A DNA stretch of 56,572 nucleotides from Veillonella dispar (GTDB lineage: Bacteria > Bacillota > Negativicutes > Veillonellales > Veillonellaceae): positions 1-56,572 of the forward strand of contig NZ_CALJSP010000014.1 of assembly GCF_937975875.1 (NCBI RefSeq). The letters are read 5' to 3'. The notes under the pieces were generated by a model. That model saw only the letters and a program-made list of their open reading frames with translations, searched no databases and had not been told where the DNA came from. Numbering within the stretch: the first letter of the stretch is position 1; each line of letters begins with the position of its first letter. Positions 49,242-56,572 of the stretch are shown piece after piece. The translations under genes and the position numbers were made by a program.

Positions 49242-50030
49242 ATGAAAAAATCTACATTACTTGCTTGTGCAGCGGCTCTTGTTATTTCTACAGGCGTTGT
49301 AGGTGCACAATCCGCTCCAACATATGACGATAACCTAATTTTACGTAACCCAGTATCTGCTCCAGCATTGGGCAATGTAGTATTGGTTCCAGTGGCTAGT
49401 CCACAAACAGTGTCTGCTGTTCATGACTATGTAAAAGCTTGGCAAAATGCGGAGATCAACATCGCAAAAGCTAAAGTGAAATACGAAAACCATGAGCGTA
49501 TGACTAAAGCTGAGAAAAAATGGTTACATTCCTATGACAAACACAACTATGCTGACTACTTCCGTACACATTCCATCGGTCGTGTACATGGTCAAGAAGT
49601 GTTCTTGAACTGGAATGGTGAAAACCGTAATAAAAACGAATACGAATACTTTGAAATGCCTAAATACAATAAAGAAGATGGCTTCACTAACAGCTATGGT
49701 TACAATGTATTGCGTGGCATGACAGATCGTATTAACGAAATCATCCAAAAACAAAAAGAAGTTGGCGGTCCTATGACTGACGATGAAGCACAAGCATTAG
49801 AAGATGCTATTTTGGATGTAATGGCTAAAGACCAAGAAAACGTTTCTAACGAAGAACTTCGTCACTACATGAACGAAACAATCTGGTTCGCAGCTAAACA
49901 AACTGTAAAAAATAAAGCTAGTGAAGAACCTACTGTTCAAGATGAACACACTGTAGATCTTCGTGAAGCGATCAATCGTCCAGCTAACCAAGAAACTAAA
50001 AAAGTAGACTTGCGCGCTGCGATTCAATAA
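49242..50030 (+). CDS. Secreted hypothetical protein, paralogue of 31981-32532
   Basis: GAGGA RBS; signal peptide; NVSNEELRHYMNE motif; repeated VDLR.AI at the C-terminus. Confidence 0.8.
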   Translation: MKKSTLLACAAALVISTGVVGAQSAPTYDDNLILRNPVSAPALGNVVLVPVASPQTVSAVHDYVKAWQNAEINIAKAKVKYENHERMTKAEKKWLHSYDKHNYADYFRTHSIGRVHGQEVFLNWNGENRNKNEYEYFEMPKYNKEDGFTNSYGYNVLRGMTDRINEIIQKQKEVGGPMTDDEAQALEDAILDVMAKDQENVSNEELRHYMNETIWFAAKQTVKNKASEEPTVQDEHTVDLREAINRPANQETKKVDLRAAIQ

Positions 50031-50221
50031 TAAGGTTTGTAAACTTAACAATAAATCATTAACACACTGAGAGCTCGGCATAAACGATATACAATGAATT
50101 AGGAAGATGATGTGTGACGCACAGTGTATATAATGAACAATTACATATGGCCCTCATACGGCGATTGTTTGAGGGCCTTGATGTACCCTGGCCCCCGACT
50201 AGGGCACACAATCCTTATGCA

Positions 50222-50257
50222 AAACGACGCCATCCGAAAGGATGGCGTTGTTTTTTT
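50222..50257 (+). terminator. Rho-independent terminator
   Basis: AACGACGCCATCC-GAAA-GGATGGCGTTGTTTTTTT. Confidence 0.9.
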
Positions 50258-50284
50258 GTGTTTATGGATTGTTTTCTATACGTA

Positions 50285-50323
50285 TATGACTCTATAATAT
50301 GACTCTATAATATGACTCTATAA
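50285..50323. repeat. Three perfect 13-bp tandem repeats
   Basis: TATGACTCTATAA x3. Confidence 0.92.
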
Positions 50324-50673
50324 TTGTGCAAATATAAACAATTATAAAATAATAGACTGATTATATTAACTACCTTTTTCTACACGTTTATGAAGAAACG
50401 CTTTTTTGCTGTATTTAAACTTCATCTAATTTAGAATGTTTATATATCTAAGATGAAGATGATCTTGTATAAGATATTCAAATATAATGTAAATATAAAC
50501 TAGATTGATCCGTTTTATAGTCTTATATATATAATGTATTATATTATATATAAAACCATTATAAAGAAAAGCCTTGTTTTATGCGGATGTGGAGATATTT
50601 TCTCATATCTAGAAAATTCGGTTTATTTTGTTTAGAAATATAAAATTTATTTTAATTATTTTGGGAATTTCTA

Positions 50674-50702
50674 TTTACAATTAGTTTATAAATTGTTATC
50701 AT
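50674..50702 (+). promoter_or_regulatory. Promoter of the last trimeric autotransporter
   Basis: TTTACA-17 bp-(TGT)TATCAT. Confidence 0.6.
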
Positions 50703-50820
50703 ATTAATATCTTAATGAATAGTATGTGAACGTGTGTCATAAACCATTCATGAAACAAAAAATGTATGAATAAGGCATTTAGTGTTTTCTTTATAAGAGA
50801 GAAAGGGGTTCATAGTTTCT

Positions 50821-53800
50821 ATGAATAAGGTTTTTAAAGTCGTTTATAGCAAATCTAAAGGCTGCTACGTAGTAGTACCTGAAACTGCTAAAAATAATAA
50901 CGGCAAGAAAAAAGTATTAGCTAGCGTATTGGCTGGCTTGGCACTTGTTGGTGGTGCAGTTGCTGGTAACCCAGCTCACGCAATAGTTAGCTCCGATGGC
51001 AGTATTAATACAGAAGGTAGCCGAATTGATATTCATGCTAATGCTAAACCTGCTAACAGTGTTGGCGTTAATTCTATCGTTGTAGGTTACCAAAATAGAA
51101 CTGATAATGAAGATGGTACTACGGCTCTTGGTGCAAATAACCAAGCTTATGGTAATTCTGGTTTAGCTGTTGGTAATCAAAACGAATCTAGCGGCGGTGC
51201 TTCCACTGCTATTGGTGCTGGCAACAGAGCAGCTGGTGCGGCAACGGTAGCTATTGGTAACGTAAGTAATGCTAATGCACAAAGTGCCATTGCAATCGGT
51301 TCCTATAACAACGTTGACTACACAAAAGGTACTTGGCAAACAGCACCTAAAAATGCAGGTGCATACTCTACAGTAGTTGGTAACTATTCTAGTGCAACTG
51401 GTAGAGAATCTGCTGCTATGGGTGTATATTCCAATTCTGCTGGTCCTGGATCTTTTGCCGCTGGTTACAAAGAAAATGCATTGGGTCAAAACTCCGTTGC
51501 GATTGGTTCTGAAAATACATCCCATGTAGCAGACACAATTACATTAGGTCAATCTAATAATGCTAAAACAATGGGTGGTATCTCCATCGGTAAAAATAAC
51601 TTAACTGACTCCACAAATGGTGGTGCAAATGATCCTGAAACTCGTAATGAAAACTCCCAAATCGCTATTGGCCGAGACAATACTGCAACTCACTTAGATA
51701 CAATTGCTATCGGTCGAGATACACATGCTACTGGATCTGGTGCAACAGCATTAGGTGCTCGTGCTGATGCATCTGGTAATAACTCCATTGCTATCGGTCA
51801 AAGTGGTAAAACTTCTGATCGTGTTATAGCATCTGGTGTAAATGCTATTGCTATTGGTATGCAATCTCAAGCATCTGGTGAATCTGCTATTGCTGAAGGC
51901 CCAGCTTCTCGTGCAGGCGGTAAATATGGTGTTGCATTAGGTCGTAAATCTAAAGCAAATGCTGAAGCTACAATAGCTTTAGGTAATGAAACTGAAGCTA
52001 ACATTGCTAACGGTGTAGCTCTTGGTTCCTCTTCTGTTACAACAACAGATAAAGGCGTTCTTGGCTACAATCCATCTGATTTACATACTCGTAAATATAC
52101 TAACTTACAAGGTAATGTACAAACAGCTACTACAGCTGCTGTATCCATCGGTAATGGTAAAACATTGACTCGTCAATTGACAGGTCTTGCTGCTGGTACT
52201 GCAGACACTGATGCTGTTAACGTAGCTCAATTGAAAAACGTTGGTGTTGCTGTAACTGGTAACACTGGTTCTAGTGACTTCTTGACTGACGGCGGTAAAT
52301 TGAACGTTCGTGGTGAAGGTCGTGTATCTGTAGCTGCTAGCGATGATGGTGGTAAGGATTCCAAATTAACTTTGAAATTCGATGACACTAACTTGGTAAA
52401 AGCTGGTAGAAATGTAACTGTTGATACATCTGTGAAAGACGGTAAAACTACTTACACAATCAACGCTGCTGATACTGCTGCTAAATATGACTTCTTAACA
52501 AATGCTAAAGCTAACGGTGGTAAATTAGATGGTACTGCTACAGCAACTAAAGTTGAAAGCGGTCAAACTGTTAACTATGCAGCTGGTAAGAACTTAACAG
52601 TTAAACAAGACATTAACCAATCCATTGGTGAACAAACATATACATACTCTTTGAATAGCGATCTTGGTGGCATTACTTCCATTACTAACAATGGTGGCCC
52701 TACAATGCACTTTGGTGGTGACAACATCAGCATCACTGGTGGTAACCTAGATCTTGGTGGTAACAATATTACTAACCTTAAATCTGGTGGCGATGTAATT
52801 AATAATGCTGCTAATATTGGCGATGTTGTTCGTATTTCTAAAGCGAATGACTTGCACGTGGCTCCTACAGCAGGCACAAACAATAACGTAGCTGAATATA
52901 CTGTAGACGCTAACAAAAAAGTTACATTAACATACCAAGATGGTAATGGTAAAACTGTAAATGGCCCTAAAGCAGTTATCGACTTGAGCGGTTTGAAAAC
53001 TGGCGATATGAGCTCCTTCAACGTTAAATCTTCTGCTACAGAAGGTAAGGTTGCACAAGGTTCCGCTGGCGTTCAAGAAATCAAAGACGGTAAAACTGTT
53101 GAAATGCAAGCCGGCAAAAACATGACCATCAAACAAACCAACAAAGATGGTAATGCACAAGTTGAATTTGCATTAAATAAAAATGTTGATTTGACTCCAG
53201 ATGGTTCTTTAAAAATCGGTGATACAAACATTACAGATAATGGTTTGACTATCAATGGTGGCCCTTCCATTACAAAAACTGGTATCAACGCTGGCGATTT
53301 GAATATTACAAATGTAAAAGCTGGTGTAAACGATAATGATGCTGTTAATGTTAGCCAATTGAAGCAAGTTCGTGCTGACGAACGTCATATCAAACCAGGT
53401 GAATACGCAGTAGATAATAACGGCAAAGTAACTATGACTTACCTTGATGGTAACAACAAAGACGTTCCTAACGAAACTGCTGTTATCACAGGTATTGCTA
53501 AACAAGATCTTTCCAACATCAACAATGGTGGTAAGACTGTAATTAAAAACCTTGCTAAAGAAGCTATCGACATGGAAAACGGTAAGAACACAACTGCTTC
53601 TCACCGTGACGTAAATGGCGTTAAAACTTTCAAAGTAGACGTTGAAGGTGATTTAACTGACATTACATCCATCACAAACAAAGATGGCGACGGCAAAGTT
53701 GTATTCGGTGGTAACCAAACTGTAAACGTAGCAGGCGATCACAACATTAACTTGAATGCTAAAGTTGGTGATATCACTGGTTTAACTAACGTAACTTTGG

Positions 53801-56572
53801 ATGCTCCTGACTTCGCTAAAAAAGGTCGTGCTGCTACTGAAGAACAATTGAAAATTGTAAATAACGGTTTCAATAACACAGTTGGTTTGACTGGTAACAC
53901 AGGCGCTACTGATCTTCAAAAATTGAACAAACAAGGCGGCTTGAGCTTCGGCGTTGTAGGTGCTAACAATGGTGAGTACATTAAAACAACTGCTTCTGGT
54001 TCCAATGTAGTAGCTGACTTGTCCGACAACGCTAAAAATAAATTGAACAGCACTGTTGTAGTAGAAGGTAAAAATGCTGCGAAAGTAACAAGCAATGTAA
54101 TTCAAAATGCAGATGGCAGCACAAAAACTGTATATACTGTAGATGTTAACAACGTAAAACCTACTGCAGCTTCTACTGAAAAAGTACAAGCTAAAGCAGA
54201 TGTAGCTGGTTCTAGCGACAAAAACATCGCTAAAGTTGCACCTAAAGCTGGTGAAAACTTCGGTGATGCAGGCGCAACTTACGAAGTAAACGTATCCCGT
54301 AACGACGTAAAAGACGCAGCTCGTGAAGCAGTAACTGTAAATACTACAAACACAACTAACAACCCTATCACTGTTACACCTGTACAAGATGAAGCAAATC
54401 ATAACACTACATACCAAGTAACATTCGATGGCAACAAAGCTGCTAAACAAATTCCTTTGACTTACAAAGCGAATGGCACAAACGAACAAAAAGTTACATT
54501 GGATAAAGGTTTGAACTTCACAAATGGTAAAAACACAACAGCTTCTGTAGATGCTGAAGGCGTTGTTAAATACGATGTGAATAAAGATTTAGTTAATATC
54601 AATTCCATTTCCAATACTACAAATGGTCCAAAAATGGAATTTGGTCCTAACTCCATTAACATCACAAATGGCCCTATCAACATGGGTGACCAAAACATCA
54701 CTAACCTTAAATCTGGTGGCGATGTAAATAACAATGCAGCTAACATTGGCGATGTAAAACGTATTTCTAAAGCTAACGACTTGCACATTGCTCCAACATC
54801 CTCTGATCGTCAAGGTGAAACTACTACATCTTACGCTTACGATGCAGCAAGCAAATCCGTAACATTGAAATATAATGATGGTAACGGTGCTAACCAAGCT
54901 GGTACAGTTGCGAAAATCGACTTGTCCGGTTTGGCTGATCAAATCAAAGACGGTTACTCCTTCTCCACTGACGCTAAAGGCAATGTAGTTGGTAACCACG
55001 CTGTTACAGCTGTTGGCAATGGTAAAACTGTTTCCTATGCTGCAGGCGATAACTTGACTGTAAAACAAAATATCGATGCTGCAACTGGCGAACATACTTA
55101 CACATATGCATTGTCCAACAACATCGACTTGACTCCAAATGGTTCCTTAAAAATTGGCGACACTATTCTTAATAATGGTGGCTTAACAATTACAGGTGGC
55201 CCATCCGTAACTAAAACTGGTATCAACGCTGGTAACTTGAACATTACTAATGTGAAAGCTGGTGTAAACGATACTGATGCAGTTAACGTTAAACAGTTGA
55301 AAGATTCCCGTACAGTAGTAACTTCCAACGATAACTCCGTAACAGTTAATAAAACTGAAAACGGCAACCAAGTTACTTATGACTTGCATGTAGCTCCAGG
55401 TGCTGCACAATCCGTATGGAATGTGAAATCCACTGGTAATACAACTGCTGACTCCGCAACAACTGCAAAAACTATTACTGATGGTAAAACAGTTGAAATG
55501 GCAGCAGGTAAAAACTTGACTGTAAAACAATCTAACACTGAAGATGGCGCTAAAGTTGAATTCGGTTTAGCTGGTGACTTGACTAACATCAAGACTATTA
55601 AAAACGAAGGCCCTGCTACTTTCACAATCGGCGGCAACGAATTCAAATTCGATGGCGGTAATGTGAATATGGGCGACAACAACATCACTAACCTTAAATC
55701 TGGTGGTGATGTGATCAATAACGCAGCTAACATTGGCGATGTTAAACGTATCTCCAAAGCTAACGACATTCATATCAAAGACAAAACATATACAGTGAAC
55801 GCTGATAAAACAGTTACATTGGAATATGTTGATGGCAATGATAATGCAGTGAACAAAACAGCTAAGATCGACTTGAGCAACTTGCCTACAGGCGACAAAG
55901 CTGCTGTTGAAAGTGTAGTTAAAAAATCTGCTGCAGCAGGCGACACTAACATCGCTGACATTACTGTGGCTGACGGCAAACAAACTGGTGATGCAAACGC
56001 TAAATACGAAGTAAATGTTTCCCGTAATGCTGTAAAAGATGCAGCTCGTGAAGCAGTGACTGTTAACAATGCAAACAATAGCAATAACCCAATCACTGTT
56101 ACACCTGTACAAGACGAAGCAAATCACAACACAACTTACCAAGTAACATTCGATGGCGATAAAGCTGCTAAACAAATTCCTTTGACATACAAAGCGAACG
56201 GCTCTAACGACCAAAAAGTTACATTGGATAAAGGTTTGAACTTCACAAATGGTTCCAACACAACAGCTTCCGTAGCTGCTGATGGCGTAGTTAAATACGA
56301 TCTTAACAACAACGTAAACTTGACTCCATCTGGTTCCTTAACTATTGGTGATACTGTTGTTAACAACGGTGGTTTGACTATCTCTGGTGGTCCATCTGTT
56401 CTTAAAACTGGTATCAACGCTGGTAACTTGAACATTACTAATGTGAAAGCAGGCGTAAACGATACTGATGCAGTTAACGTAAAACAATTGAAAGATGCTC
56501 GTACAGTAGTAACTTCTAACGATAACTCCGTAACAGTTAATAAAACTGAAAACGGCAACCAAGTTACTTATG
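50821..56572 (+). CDS. Large ESPR trimeric autotransporter adhesin, 3'-partial (runs off the window, >1900 aa)
   Basis: ATG 50821 after an AAAGGGG RBS gives MNKVFKVVYSKSKGCYVVVPETAK; head, neck and stalk modules are shared with 41332-49077; absent from the ORF track, consistent with no in-window stop. Confidence 0.9.
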   Translation, partial: MNKVFKVVYSKSKGCYVVVPETAKNNNGKKKVLASVLAGLALVGGAVAGNPAHAIVSSDGSINTEGSRIDIHANAKPANSVGVNSIVVGYQNRTDNEDGTTALGANNQAYGNSGLAVGNQNESSGGASTAIGAGNRAAGAATVAIGNVSNANAQSAIAIGSYNNVDYTKGTWQTAPKNAGAYSTVVGNYSSATGRESAAMGVYSNSAGPGSFAAGYKENALGQNSVAIGSENTSHVADTITLGQSNNAKTMGGISIGKNNLTDSTNGGANDPETRNENSQIAIGRDNTATHLDTIAIGRDTHATGSGATALGARADASGNNSIAIGQSGKTSDRVIASGVNAIAIGMQSQASGESAIAEGPASRAGGKYGVALGRKSKANAEATIALGNETEANIANGVALGSSSVTTTDKGVLGYNPSDLHTRKYTNLQGNVQTATTAAVSIGNGKTLTRQLTGLAAGTADTDAVNVAQLKNVGVAVTGNTGSSDFLTDGGKLNVRGEGRVSVAASDDGGKDSKLTLKFDDTNLVKAGRNVTVDTSVKDGKTTYTINAADTAAKYDFLTNAKANGGKLDGTATATKVESGQTVNYAAGKNLTVKQDINQSIGEQTYTYSLNSDLGGITSITNNGGPTMHFGGDNISITGGNLDLGGNNITNLKSGGDVINNAANIGDVVRISKANDLHVAPTAGTNNNVAEYTVDANKKVTLTYQDGNGKTVNGPKAVIDLSGLKTGDMSSFNVKSSATEGKVAQGSAGVQEIKDGKTVEMQAGKNMTIKQTNKDGNAQVEFALNKNVDLTPDGSLKIGDTNITDNGLTINGGPSITKTGINAGDLNITNVKAGVNDNDAVNVSQLKQVRADERHIKPGEYAVDNNGKVTMTYLDGNNKDVPNETAVITGIAKQDLSNINNGGKTVIKNLAKEAIDMENGKNTTASHRDVNGVKTFKVDVEGDLTDITSITNKDGDGKVVFGGNQTVNVAGDHNINLNAKVGDITGLTNVTLDAPDFAKKGRAATEEQLKIVNNGFNNTVGLTGNTGATDLQKLNKQGGLSFGVVGANNGEYIKTTASGSNVVADLSDNAKNKLNSTVVVEGKNAAKVTSNVIQNADGSTKTVYTVDVNNVKPTAASTEKVQAKADVAGSSDKNIAKVAPKAGENFGDAGATYEVNVSRNDVKDAAREAVTVNTTNTTNNPITVTPVQDEANHNTTYQVTFDGNKAAKQIPLTYKANGTNEQKVTLDKGLNFTNGKNTTASVDAEGVVKYDVNKDLVNINSISNTTNGPKMEFGPNSINITNGPINMGDQNITNLKSGGDVNNNAANIGDVKRISKANDLHIAPTSSDRQGETTTSYAYDAASKSVTLKYNDGNGANQAGTVAKIDLSGLADQIKDGYSFSTDAKGNVVGNHAVTAVGNGKTVSYAAGDNLTVKQNIDAATGEHTYTYALSNNIDLTPNGSLKIGDTILNNGGLTITGGPSVTKTGINAGNLNITNVKAGVNDTDAVNVKQLKDSRTVVTSNDNSVTVNKTENGNQVTYDLHVAPGAAQSVWNVKSTGNTTADSATTAKTITDGKTVEMAAGKNLTVKQSNTEDGAKVEFGLAGDLTNIKTIKNEGPATFTIGGNEFKFDGGNVNMGDNNITNLKSGGDVINNAANIGDVKRISKANDIHIKDKTYTVNADKTVTLEYVDGNDNAVNKTAKIDLSNLPTGDKAAVESVVKKSAAAGDTNIADITVADGKQTGDANAKYEVNVSRNAVKDAAREAVTVNNANNSNNPITVTPVQDEANHNTTYQVTFDGDKAAKQIPLTYKANGSNDQKVTLDKGLNFTNGSNTTASVAADGVVKYDLNNNVNLTPSGSLTIGDTVVNNGGLTISGGPSVLKTGINAGNLNITNVKAGVNDTDAVNVKQLKDARTVVTSNDNSVTVNKTENGNQVTY

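Noticed and set aside
50114..50302. 62-aa ORF
   Set aside because: It crosses hairpins, a strong terminator and a tandem repeat, so an RNA-structure explanation is more likely
41671..56562. Many minus-strand ORFs opposite the large adhesins
   Set aside because: They are antisense shadows of biased, repetitive + strand coding sequence, with no RBS or recognisable domains

Overview
Low-GC bacterial chromosome segment. It is most likely from a diderm Firmicute such as Veillonella (inferred from LPS genes alongside SLH-bearing trimeric autotransporters). Left end (0.3-4.5 kb): a CorC/HlyC-type membrane protein, an unannotated Fst/Ldr-type type I toxin-antitoxin locus, a small SAM methyltransferase, and a Lys-rich protein with a probable -1 frameshift extension. 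Middle (4.6-24.7 kb): an LPS core/O-antigen locus with two LTA-synthase-like transferases, GT2/GT4, VirK-like, WaaL, WbaP, Glf, DUF4422, two LicD, a PLP enzyme, a cytidylyltransferase-oxidoreductase fusion, Wzx and a Wzy-like gene. Right (25.9-56.6 kb): an adhesin island with two type Va autotransporters, four trimeric autotransporters (the last running off the window), a passenger-less inverse-autotransporter barrel and two paralogous secreted proteins. The island also holds a second type I toxin-antitoxin locus whose antitoxin is duplicated in inverted orientation, and a candidate anti-SD sRNA. The best candidate for a new system is a 552-aa methyltransferase in the island that resembles the rickettsial OmpB lysine methyltransferases, suggesting adhesin methylation, possibly tuned by a hexamer repeat in its leader. 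All family calls come from motif recognition; no searches were run.
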